Source: Octopus sinensis
Lineage: Eukaryota
Assembly (NCBI RefSeq): GCF_006345805.1
Contig: NC_043009.1
Location: forward strand, 6,262,001-6,326,000
Direction of reading: 5' to 3'
DNA length: 64,000 nt
Shown here: piece by piece, positions 51,677-64,000 of the stretch
How the letters are laid out: each line of letters begins with the position of its first letter
Numbering within the stretch: the stretch's first letter is position 1
Notes under the pieces: model-generated
What the model saw: only the letters and a program-made list of their open reading frames with translations
What the model was told of the DNA's origin: nothing
Database searches by the model: none
Translations under genes and position numbers: made by a program

Positions 51677-52049
51677 CAAACATCGTAATTTTCTTCATCC
51701 GTTCATATTTCCGAATTCTGGTCAGATCTCTGAGTAATCGTATTTGAGCTTTCATCTTTCTATGTACATGAAAATGCATGTTTTTGTTTATTTTGGGACC
51801 AGGCATTGTGCGTTGCCTTTATTTTGCCTTCTTACTGTTTTTGTCTTATTCTTTTCTTTTTCTTTTTTAGCATTGCTTGCGTCTTCTGACCAATCATATT
51901 TGCCTTTTATTTTATACTTATCTAAATATTCTGCAGCAAAGTTTCCATAGAGAATAACAATTCCTTTGCAAATAATCTTCATATTCCTTGTTTTATGCTT
52001 ACCATATTTTTCCCAACTACTTGCACAGTATTAGGAAATTCAACCGTTT

Positions 52050-52162
52050 TATTTCTTCTTCTTCTTCTTCTTCTTCTTCTTCTTCTCTTCTTCTTCTTCT
52101 TCTTCTTCTTCTTCTTTTTTTTCTTCTTCTTCTTCTTCTTCTTCTTCTTCTTCTTCTTTATG

Positions 52163-52215
<53 letters not shown>

Positions 52216-52250
52216 CATCATCAGTAGTAGTAGTAGTAGTAGTAGTTGTA
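52050..52250. repeat. Stepwise compound tract (CTT)n-(ATT)n-(ATC)n-(AGT)n
   Basis: Directly visible. Confidence 0.95.
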
Positions 52251-52399
52251 GTGTTATTTGTATTAATATTACCCCTGCATCTAACGCCTCTAATTTTCCA
52301 ACTCTACTAACACAAAGCTACATTCAACCAGACACAAGCAAACAAGTAAAGATAATGACAAACACACGCTCGCATACACCTGCTGACACACACACACAG

Positions 52400-52468
<69 letters not shown>

Positions 52469-52585
52469 CGCAAAACAAAACAAAACAATGGTATCAATAA
52501 AAATAACATCAGCAAAAACCGAACATCACCACCAATGCAAACACCAGCAACAACAACACCACTTCCACGATCCACCACCCCTATT

Positions 52586-52616
<31 letters not shown>

Positions 52617-55045
52617 GCAGCATAACCAACATCAAGCACATCATCAACAAGGGATAACATGCATAAACGAGGCTATTATACAAAGCAACGTAGTAGAGCG
52701 AGCGCGTCACTGCGAATATATAATAGCAAAGCTGACATCCCAGCATAGTTATCAAGTAAATATGTCAAACCCATCTGTTAATAATTTCTCGCCAAGTACA
52801 AAAGAGATCAAAGCATAACTAAAACTACATTTCTTCATATTATGACAGAGATATGAATAAGCAATAAAGAGGGGATACAATCACATGATTATATACTTTT
52901 ATACTTTTTAGTAAGTTATCTTATGTATCTATGGCTTTTCTTAGCGATTATTACTGCTTTCCTTTGAATGTTTTTCAGACAAGGTAAGAAAAAAAAAAGC
53001 ACCGTTTGGATGGAATTAAACACTACTATCTGTATTTATTGTTGATAATCCGTGTTATTATAACCGAAAAAATGCAAATCTTCTTTAAAGTCATCGTTGC
53101 TTTTAGTGTACTTTGATAATATTCATGGTAAATTTGCATAGAATGAGATAAGCTTGGAGCTGTAAAGAGTTAGGGAACGAAATTCGAAACATGTTCGCAA
53201 CAGTGGAGGTCTAAAAGTACGTAGATGTACAGTTAATGGGAAGGAAAACACGTAGAAATTACGGTTTTCGAATAGATTACCTCCTTTATACACTGTAAAG
53301 TTAGGCTATATTTTATAATCAGTGACTTCCTATACGTAGTATGAGAAGGCAGATGTGATATTACCCGCCTAACTCAAATATAATATCCATCTATCAGCTT
53401 AACATGCTTCAGGAACATCCAATATGAGACTGTAATTGGGAACAATTCGAAATTGAGTATTAATACTGACCTGAATGTTACAGAATGGCAAATACTATTT
53501 AATAATTGCGTTGGAAGTCATTTCAAAAGATTTATAATCAATACTTTCTTTCACTGATGCAGACGCTGAGAAATAAGATTAGCGATAGAGACAGAAGGAA
53601 CAAGATCATAAGAGGGAGAAGGAAAGAAACATATTGATTAGGAAATATATACATAATTCCGCAGCAATAAATCCTAGAATATTCTAGCGTTAATCATAGC
53701 AAGAAACTATATCTTTTTTTGAAGTCTTCCTTTATTTCTAAGAAAGTGTTAATATGGATTAATTACATGGATATGAAACTTGAATGCTATAAAGATAGTA
53801 AATTATCCTTTATTATTTTCAATCTTACAGAACAATATTAAGCGTGAAACGAATGTGAAATAGATTCAGCTAGACGCCGTATTTGGTTCCTAAGTTTGCG
53901 CTTCTTGTGGTTACTTGAAATATAAACGAAAAGTACAATATTTGACCAACAGCATTGCACATGCTATTTCACCATGACCACGGTTTCCAGAACGAGTGAC
54001 AACCATTTCTAAAACCACTTATGCTCTTATTAATTTTAGGACAACAATAATCAATACCACACTCTTATGTCGTGTCCTTTATGTCAGTTTGAAGAAAGTA
54101 TATCATGACATTTACATGCAACTGATTGTGATGTATACTGTCAGAAATCAATAATTTGAATAGTCCTTAAACAAGTGCCTTACTATTTCAGTAATTCATT
54201 TTCTATTTCCAGCACATTGTTGATGGGAAGGATATCATGGAGATTCTTAAGTACTATAAAATTGCTTCCCTACCTCTAACTCTTCCTCTTCCTCATCTTA
54301 TACTTTCATATCCAAAGAGAAGCAAAAGGAACCAAAGTCTTTGTTGTTCATTTGCCTCACTCAACTAATATATAATACATTTGCTCAACCGAAAGTGAAT
54401 AATAAAAGATATCAGAAGAGTAAGAGAACATGTAGTGAGTTAATATAACATGAGATACTATGAAATATCAAATAATAATGTTATGTTTGGAAATACAAAG
54501 TCTGGCCTTTTAAGGATTAACAGCTTTTGGTTGCAATGCTCTATTTTGAAATTTATCATGAATTATCCACAATAACCACGAAGGAATTGATTTGTTATGT
54601 ATCAAATTTCCTCAAGGAAATTCTTCAGATATTCTTTAGATTATATGCTTAAAGGCATTAACTGCCTTATTTGTAACTTGAACGTATTCACCACCTATAA
54701 TAATTAAGGTATCTCATTCTAAATTGTATGTTTACATGAAAGGTTCTTGCGATTTACCTATGTATTTAAGTATAGGCTTTTAGGAAGAGAGATGGCGCTA
54801 CGATTGAAATGTAGAGATTTCCAATTATCTCTGACGCTATGATCACATGCATTCGTGATTTACATGTAACATATTCACTTCTTCCGTTTCCCTTTCATTT
54901 CATTAGCTGAATGTCAGAGACCAGGTCGGGTTTTTAATGTCAACTAAAGTAATCAAGACAACTCAACATTCTGCGAGAGAAAATAGCTGTAAAATATATA
55001 CAATTACTTCACTTACAACTGCATTGCACACACAAGTATGTATGC

Positions 55046-55151
<106 letters not shown>

Positions 55152-55156
55152 ATATA

Positions 55157-55211
<55 letters not shown>

Positions 55212-55474
55212 TTATACACTTATATATATATATGTATACGTATATGTGTATATATGTATATATTTATGTATGTATGTATATATGTGTATGTATGTATCTA
55301 TTTAGAAATGTCTGTATATATGTGTCTATTTATCGGTATATATGTGTATGTATATCTGTGCGAATTATATATATATATATACACGTAAATATATGGTGCG
55401 CGTGTGTGTATTTGTACACGTAACAGCATCCCTGCAATATTGTGAGTATAGATTTCTTGTATATTTACGAAGTA

Positions 55475-55511
<37 letters not shown>

Positions 55512-57984
55512 GTGATTGGGAGTGAGAGAGAGAAAGTGATTGTGGGTGAAACAGAGTGAGGGAGAAAAACGGGTGGACTGACAGAATACACGAGGTTCTA
55601 AGGATGTTTCTCTTAATTTTCTTCTTAGCAGTCACTCGGGGACTAAATTGTGGATTAACATATTTTTAAAATGTTCCAATTTGAAATACGTAACTTCAGA
55701 ACAAAATTTACCTGAAGAAGACGTTTATTCTTTTTTTTTTCCTTTTTTGTTTATAAATATATACTATTATGCTACATTAATTTTTATATTTTTGTAAATA
55801 AATGCAACAGCTACGAAATTCATTATGTCTCATATATTTTCACAAAGTATATATTTTGCAACTCTAATCCCTTAAAGTTAAAACGAAAAGGTTTACCTTA
55901 TGTCACGAATCTATACATGAAAATAAACATAATCTTATTGTGCAAATGTATGGTCAATAATTCTATATCAGTCATAATCTTTAAATTGTATTGGTTGTTA
56001 AAATACAATGAGAAGAAGAAGAAGGAGGAGGAGGAGGAGGAGGAGGAGGAGGAGAAGGAGAAGAAGAAGAAGAAGAAGAAGAAGAAGAAGAAGAAATGAG
56101 AGCAAAATATTTGCATGCTTATCTTATTGGAATGATGAAAGGCTTTTGCAGGCCACCAGGAATGTGGCGTTTACTATTTGATGCTGAAGACAGCCACCAG
56201 GATTACAAAGATAGACTTATGAATTATTGATGCACCTAACACGCTAATATTTCTCACGTCTGATTCATTTTATATTCTATATTCTAACTTTCGAAATGCA
56301 TTGTAGATTGTTTGCCTTGAGATTTTTTTTTCAAATATTATAAAAGGATGGCGTTTATATATGAAGAGATATAATAAAAATTATTAGTACAGCATTGTCT
56401 ATCTTTGGTCTATTAGACATTAATATTGGCTAAAGTACAATGTGATATTAGAAATATATACGTAACAGCGGGAATAGAATTTCGTATACATCACATTTCA
56501 TCTTTCAATGAAGATTACGTTCGTATTGTTATTAAGTCCTATCTTGAAAATGTTCTCGTGTAACTCTGTATTACTTAGAACAAGCAGCAATCACATAAAC
56601 ATCCCAATGCATAAACACACTGGTCATGGATGGAAGCATAGAAGCACTCTGTTATTATAATTTATATATGAATATATATGTATATATATATCTATATGTA
56701 TGTATGTATGTATGTATTATGTATGTATATTCTCCATTGATATGGTGTTTTCGTAAACACTTTGCATATAAAATAGATAAGCTGGAAATATTAAATAGAT
56801 GTGACGCGAAAGCATAGTGGAGAATTTTAGTTAAAGGCCTACCGAGACATCTAATTATTGTAACATATTAAATCTGACTGATAACTTCGTAAATTTTACA
56901 TGAAGGAATTGGGTAGAATAGAGGAAAAAATAATAATAAAAAAGGCATAGCGTTTGGAGATGTTTGTAAAATTCAAAATGAGTTGAGACAACATCTCAGA
57001 TGTTGGAACTTAAGTTGATTTGGGAGAATGGGGTTAGGAAACTCTGCAGTTGGTGTTAATTTCAATTTCTAGTAATTGCATTGAAAATAAGTAGTCGTTC
57101 CCACGCCACAGATTGGATGTTATACATTAGTTTAAATTAGCGAATGTGTAAACGATTCATGTATTTCCGGCTCACAGTTTAGTTTGCAGTCTATTATAAT
57201 TGACATTTATTATTGCAACAATTTTCCAGCAGTCTTTCGATCTTGCGTGTTCTTCCTTTATTCTTTCATTCTTTCGTTCTTCCTTGCTTTCCTTTGTTTT
57301 ACTCTGTTTTCTTTTAAGTTTTTGTTAATTTATCTTCCGCATACAATGTAATCCCAAAACTCTCTGCTTCTGTCACAGTTTTCTTTGTATCCTATATCCT
57401 ATCAACTCTCCAACTTTCTCTTGCTTACATTTTAGAATCTAACTGTATATTTAAATATCTTAATACTGCCCATACTTTATACATCTTCCTGCATATATTT
57501 CTCATCCTTTTTCGCTGCTATTTCTCACACACCATTTTCCCTTCAGCGAAGGCCAACTGTTTTGATATGTTACTATAAAAACTATTAATAAAACGGGAAT
57601 TTATTTTAAGGTTCAAAAGCTACCCATATTTATTTGCAGTTGTGCATGTGTGTAAGTGTGCACGCGTATTTGTGTGCCTGGGGTTATTATTTTCAAACTA
57701 ATATGCGAGAAACTATAGAACATTTAAGGATGTGGGCACGCAATGCGGAAAGTAGAATCAAATTTGTTGTTAAATGTGTGTTACCTGCGAGTTAAGTGTT
57801 AGCTTGACAGCTTATTTAACCGTTTGAACATAGCGTCATGCGAAATTCTTAGCCTCAATCTGCTCGGAATTTACTCTTTGTAGTGGTTATGGGGTCAGAA
57901 ATTTCCTGCTTAACCACACGCTTTCAGTCTTAGTCCCACTGTATGGCACCTTGGAGAGCTAACTGCTACTATAATTTTTCTACT

Positions 57985-58190
57985 CTAGGCACAAGGACCG
58001 AACTTTTGGGGGATGGGGAGAATCGATTAAATTGACCCCAGTACGTAACTGGTATTTAAATTATCGACCCCGAAATGATGAAAAGCAAAATCGACCTCGG
58101 CGGAATTTGAACTCACAACATAACGGCAGACAAAATACATATTTCTTTACTACACACAAGGGGTTAAACACAGGGAGGACAAACCAGGAC
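57985..58190 (-). mobile_element. SINE family B headless unit joined to the 3' end of another unit
   Basis: Same junction as 23085-23120 (ACGGCAGAC.AAATAC.TATTTCTTTACTAC.CACAAGGG). Confidence 0.75.
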
Positions 58191-59041
58191 TGATGATTAA
58201 AAGCTCCGAATAATCCGTGCATGTTTTTTTCTGTCCTTTATTTGTATCGGCTAACCATGCGAATGTTTTGTTTTCACGTGTTACGTTCTTCTTTCATTTT
58301 TTTGTTTTGATTTTTTTATGTATACACAGCGGCGTACGTACTCTTTTGGTCTCCTTTATGTAAGTATATATACAAGTATCAAAATTCTTCATGACTCCTT
58401 CTCTTTCCTTTAGCCTCTTCACACTAGAATACATTGTACAAAGAACCGCGCAGGGAACTGAACCAGAAAGTACATCGCTAGAAAGTGCCCATCTTAAAAC
58501 TGCAGCCTTAACTGGGCCTATAAAATATATACATGTATAATTTAAAACCTGAGTTTTCAGTCTGTACACGTATCAAACTACAATAGTTTGAAATATTTAA
58601 CCTATTAATGCATAGCGTCCAGAAAAATGGACTCAGGAAAAAATACTGTTACTTATTTCGTACGTGTGTATAGTTGGTTTGTCTGTACGAAGCGCTTGCT
58701 CACTCATAGAGCACTGGTTTAGAGGCAGACTATACGACCAGCGAACTCAATAGGTAGTTTATTTAACAAGCAATAGTAATTTTTCCTGCGTCCATTTTGT
58801 GGGCGCCAAGCATTAATCTATGGATTCTTAGACTGTTACTGTCAATGAGTTGTGTCATCAGAAAATAGATACCAAAGAGAGTTAGAGTTCATTTTTACCT
58901 ATTTTCTTTAATTGAGCAAATTTCTTTTCCATTTTTTATTACACAAACTCTATATACCTGGGAATTGAAACGCGAACAGCTATTAGTACGTACCTACAAA
59001 TTTTACAGAATTCTATAAAATGTTAAAATACCAGCGTCTTA

Positions 59042-60245
59042 TCTCTCTCTATATAAACGGCAATTTGTCTGTCTGTGTGTCTGTGTGTCTGTCAGATTGT
59101 ACCCTCACCCTGACCATGGCTTTCAACCGATTCTGATGAAACTTGACACACACATAGCCCAATGTCATAATTCAAAACTAACGCAGCGAAAATTTTGAAA
59201 CGTTCCCCCAGTTCTGAAAAAAATCGATAAATTCGACATGGGTCGAGAATCTAAGCTTTTTATATGCAACACATTTTCTACAGACTGTTTAGGGGACGTA
59301 ACTCGACCTTTTTAACTCTCGGAACACGTGGGGTAAGTATCCCAAAATGTATAACAATGTACAAAAACGGCAAAAAAGCGGGCAGCAATGTGAGTGACAA
59401 CAACGAAAAAGTCAAAAGTGACCAAACTGAACAAACGAATGGAAAAGGTTTTTTGATGCACACGACAAAAGCGGTTTATAATAAACCAAGAGTTTGCAAG
59501 TAGCGTCCGAGGACCCTTAGGGTACGTCAAAAATTTAAGGTAAAATGTTTGGGGTGGTAGTTATAAAGAAAGTGTAAACAAAAAAAGGATTCGAATAACT
59601 TGCGGCTGCAGCAGCTATTAGCAGTAGTGGCGGTGTTGGGGGTAAAGTCTCGAAGGTAATTTCTTCCTGGTAGGAATTGGTTGGGTTGAATTATCGATAG
59701 CTGTTTGATAGTTATTTGGGAGTGAAGAGAAGACATTGCAACCTACACATGCGCCTTCGTTCCCTAGAGGGAAAGGACTAGATTGGGATTAGTCGTTGCC
59801 TACTAGGGGCTCTTACATGGAAGCACTCCGTCGGTTGCGACGAGGAGGGTTCCGGTTGATCCGAATCAACGAAACAGCCTGCTCGTGAAATTAACGTGTA
59901 AGTGGCTGAGCACTCCACAGACACGTGTACCTTTAACGTAGTTCTCGGGGATATTCAGCGTGACACAGAGAGTGACAAGGCCGGCCCTTTGAAATACAGG
60001 TACAACAGAAACAGGAAGTAAGAGTGAGAGAAAGTTGTGGTGAAAGAGTACAGCAGGGATCACCACCATCCCCTGCCGGAGCCGCGTGGAGCTTTAGGTG
60101 TTTTCGCTCAATAAACACTCACAACGCCCGGTCTGGGAATCGAAACCGCGATCCTATGACTGCGTGTCCGCTGCCCTAACCATTGGGCCATTGCGCCTCC
60201 ACAGGGGCTCTTACATACCCGGGCAACGCTGGGCTATGCTGCTAA
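59042..60245 (+). mobile_element. Non-autonomous Helitron interrupted by a SINE
   Basis: A|TCTCTCTCTATATAAA start, (GTCT) microsatellite, ACCGATTCTGATGAAACTTG core, and the 3' hairpin CCCGGGCAACGCTGGG followed by CTAA|T (mutated CTAG). Confidence 0.8.
59819..60202 (-). mobile_element. Full-length young tRNA-derived SINE family C with a 14-bp TSD
   Basis: A box TGGCCCAATGG and B box GTTTCGATTCC; AGGGGCTCTTACAT at 59805-59818 and 60203-60216. Confidence 0.92.
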
Positions 60246-60606
60246 TTAGAATTAAATGAACATAATATGAAACTGAAAACATCACTAAACCTATCTTTTA
60301 ATTGTATAAATTTAATGATCATCATTTTAATCAATGCCTGCAACATGTCTCTCTCTCTTGCTTACTCTCTCTCTCTCTCTCTGTCTCCCTTTCTTGCTTT
60401 CCCATCTTTTTACCTCTCCAACGTTTATTTCCTCGACAAATCTACTTAGTCCCCCATATAAATGCGTGCAGGAATGTAGGTACATGAATAAGCATAAATT
60501 CATTCACACACGTACATATATATATATGTAAATATAAATAGAGAGAGAGAGAGACGAAGAGAGTGATGGTGAGAGAGTCGGCGAGAGGAGAATGAGAGGA
60601 CAGATA

Positions 60607-60650
<44 letters not shown>

Positions 60651-61264
60651 CCAATGCCATTATTAGATAAACAATTGAAGTATTTATTTTCAACTAATAC
60701 GAAAGGTGTGAGCTTCTGTACTTCTCAACACTCAGATGTAAACTCAATTTTGTATCACACACATTATGAACATATAAATTATGTGATATCCAGGGATAGG
60801 CTATGCAATGAAAAGTGTACCTTGACTAGCTGAAAACATGTGACCGAAATGCTTACTGAATTATATCAATACAGCGCAGTTCAAGAGTTGTATCACCGAT
60901 TTATTTCAAACAATTATACTTTCATATCCAATATATTTTGAGCGCTTAAAATGAAAGTAACATACATACAGGCCTATATATATATATAGAAGAAATTAAT
61001 AAATAAAACATATGCATATATACATACATATATGTAAGTACCTACATCTACATGTATATATACATGCATATATGTGTACAGAACACAAAAAAAAAAACGT
61101 CGAAAAGAATGAGAAACGAAAACATAAACACAAAACCAAGGAACTGGACAGTTTTCTTAAACAATGAAAAAATAGAGTACAGGACAAATAACACAAGGAA
61201 AATTCCCCTTCTTCAGTCGCCATGGTTTCATCTACTCCGCATATACATATACAAACATACACAC

Positions 61265-62430
61265 AGATTTAAGACAATTGGAAAACATGACAAACGACAG
61301 AGAGAACGACCCTTCATCAGTTGTTGGGTGTTTTTCCACTCTCGTATTTCGAGCATTTAACAACAATATAAGCTTTCGATAAATCAGTTGTTATATAAGG
61401 AAATACATTTTTGAGGTCATGGCTGCATTTTTTTTTTTTTTTTGCTAAATTTCATTAATCTTTGTTTCGGAAAAGAATAATAGCAGACACTCAAGAAGTG
61501 AAGAGACACGCTGATTTTGTGGCTATAAAGATTGAGCAATGTGATTTAGGAATATCACGAGTTTTTAAGGAGCTAAAGACTGAAGATGGAAATGTATCAC
61601 CAGTATCAAAGCAAGAAAAGCATTCTAATTGCTTCCAAATCACCAGAACACCTGAATTTATCCAACAAGTTCAACAGAACATTGATTACAATTCCAGAGA
61701 GTCCATAAGGTCAATTGCAGAACATCTTCATGTGTCAGTTATAAGTCTTATATGATGAGGATAGGTCAATTTGCCCGAAAACGCAAAAGAAAATCACTAC
61801 AGCAGATCTAAAAGGCTCTTAAACAAACTGAAAATCCAGCAGGAGACGATTTGATTGTTTTTTCTTCCTTGATAACGTTTCGTGACGTCCTGTGCCTATT
61901 CATATTATGATATTATTGACCTCCACGTTTCCTCTTCCAGGTAAGTTTTATCTCAAGAATTCTGATTGCCATTCTATACGATCTTTTTACTCTTTTGTTT
62001 TTCTCTTTCTCTGTATCTCCCTTACTCATCCTCCCTTGCTAACGTGGCTCCCACGAGATCATAGGCCATCTTTCTTTCTTCTCCGAAATTGTGTTTCTTT
62101 CTTTCTATCCGTTGTAGCTGGAGCAAGGAAGACGTGTTCTTGTCTGTCTCCTGTCCAAGCCTGCTTTACGCCTTCGCCACCACAACCTCGTTTAGGCGTA
62201 GCAGCACTTGCTGTTTATTTTCCCTGTTCTGTTTGTGTTACCAGTTTTGACACTCAGCAAAATCTCGAATTTTATTTAATTTGCTTTGCGGGAGTAACTG
62301 ACTTATCGAAAGCGTATATTGTTGTTAAATGCGTATATTGTTGTTAAATACGAGAGTAGAAAAACAGCCAGCAAGTGATGAAGTTTCGTTCTTTATGTCG
62401 TTTGTCATGTTTTCTAATTGGGTCTTTCGT
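61265..62430. repeat. Inverted pair of PLE-related repeats (61265-61390 and 62296-62430)
   Basis: AACTGA.TTATCGAAAGC.TATATTGTTGTTAAAT...ATACGAGAGT.GAAAAACA...TGATGAAG...TGTCGTTTGTCATGTTTTC occurs in both orientations. Confidence 0.8.
61495..61875 (+). mobile_element. DD37D (maT-type) transposase N-terminal fragment
   Basis: KRHADFVAIK, ELKTEDGNVSPVSK...RTPEFIQQVQQNID...SIRSIAEHLHVS and SKRLLNKLK. Confidence 0.75.
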
Positions 62431-62674
62431 TATTCGAAAAAATAGTTCATATTCAATTTTCTCGTACTTCTTTGTTCGTATTTTTGTTGTACACATTTCA
62501 TGTCGCCCTGTGCCCATATATGCATACATATATACATATAAATGCAAATACGTACATATACGTTTGTATATATGCATATATATATTATTTATTTATGTCT
62601 ATATATATCATTTATTTATGCACGTATATATATTATTTATATTATTATTTGATTGGACGCCACGCAAATGTAGC

Positions 62675-63575
62675 TAACGCTTAAGGGTGGATGCTACTGT
62701 AGCTCGTCGCCCGAGAAGGCTACAAGGATCCCGTTCGCCTGATGTATATAGAAGGGAAGAGAGAACAGGAGATGCAGTAGATGACATTGGTAGAAGTGCA
62801 GGTGAAGGAGTTGGTAATATGATAGGGTCCATGATGGGTGCCGGTGATGAAGTGGCGATCCATGAGTTGAGACTGAGTCTGAGAGTCATGCTCGTCACTA
62901 CAGAGCCTGCGTAGACGGAGGAATTGGGAATAGGGGGTGGAAAGCCTGGTATGTGTGAATCTGTGTATTTGTTGTGTATAAAAGTGGTGAGAGTGGAGTG
63001 ATGAGTGCTGGCCGAAATGTCATGAAAGGAGACACAGGTGTCAGAGATATTGCAGGAGAAGTGGAGGGCAGGATGGAAAGATTTGACAGAAAGGAAGGCG
63101 CCTAGTTGTTCGCAGGAGTGTAAGGTTGCCCCGATACAGTCGTCAATATAACGACCGTATAGTTCGGGAGTGGGACCAGTGAAACTTGAGAATATTTGGG
63201 CCTCACCGTAGCCAACGAACAGGTTCGCCTAGTTGTGTTTGTGGATTTGGGGGAGGAAGTTAACTGTGTGCGTGTGAGGGTGCGGAAAATGCGGTTGGGG
63301 GAAGTGCAGGAGAGGGGAGGAAGAGATGAGGTCATGGATAGTGGAAGACACAATCTGTTGGTAGCTGGGCGTGGGATCAGAGGGCAAATAGTAGTAGAAG
63401 GAGGTATGTTGAAGTTGGTGGAGAGCTTCCGCTTTGTAGATGACCGCGCGTCACACCACCACGGCTCCATCCTTGTCGGCCGGTTTTATGATGATGTCAG
63501 TGCGGTATCGGAGACATCAAAGGGCCGAGAGTTAGGCTGGTGAGATATTCAGATGATGGAGACGCCTGGAGAAGT
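62675..63575 (-). pseudogene. Internally deleted, decayed copy of the same PLE family ORF
   Basis: Three colinear blocks match about 17580-17240, 16845-16425 and 16070-15890 of the full element (IIKPADKDGAVVV, LYGRYIDD, LRRLCSDEHD). Confidence 0.9.
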
Positions 63576-64000
63576 ACATAAATACGTACATGCATATACA
63601 CATGTACGTATTTATATACTCATGTATGGATGCATGTATATGTGTATAGCAATCATGTGGACCAATTACAACCTCCCTAGGACCATGGTTAGCTGATTGT
63701 GTTATTAGCATTTCTGTCTGACAGAATACTTTCACTTTCATAACTACAAATTCACATCGAACTTCCTTCTGACACACCTGGAATATTATTGCCCCCTTAA
63801 CGTATCATCATACTGTATAAAACAAAATAAGAATTGAGGCACATCAGAAGAAGTACAGTGAGAAACAAATAATAAATGTTATGCTATTTCTTGACCGTTG
63901 TAACCAGCTTAGAACCATGAACGATGATGAAAACATTGACTGGCACATTTCAATGAGACGAAATACTATATTAGAAATAAAGCATGAGGTATTAACTTTA

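Noticed and set aside
53160-53210. GAAACAUGUU palindromic stem III
   Set aside because: There is no upstream CUGANGA and no stem I.
60120-60202. tRNA gene
   Set aside because: This is the tRNA-derived head of a SINE with a body and TSD; the same applies to families A and B.
61335-61390. CUGA...CGAAAGCUU motif in the inverted repeats
   Set aside because: It lacks G8, A9 and stem II, so it cannot form a hammerhead.

Overview
AT-rich eukaryotic genomic DNA dense in microsatellites. The SINE, LINE and Penelope repertoire looks cephalopod (octopus-like); this is inference from recalled repeat families, not a database result. No host gene could be identified: two weak minus-strand exon candidates are noted, and most ORFs in the supplied track are microsatellite or antisense-transposon artefacts. 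The window is a mosaic of transposons: three tRNA-derived SINE families, non-autonomous Helitrons, decayed Tc1/mariner elements (DD34D, DD37D, DD41D-like, pogo), hAT remnants, and RTE, CR1, R4/Dong and CRE LINE fragments. The main feature is a near-full-length Penelope-like retroelement (about 14.76-19.0 kb, minus strand) with RT and GIY-YIG domains. About 11 frameshifts in its core can each be repaired by restoring one C, nearly all in C-runs, so it may be intact in vivo. Hammerhead ribozyme motifs recur across the window: a type-I hammerhead at 97-188, an A6U-variant minimal hammerhead in three Penelope terminal repeats, and a hammerhead-like motif on both arms of a near-perfect 530-bp palindrome.
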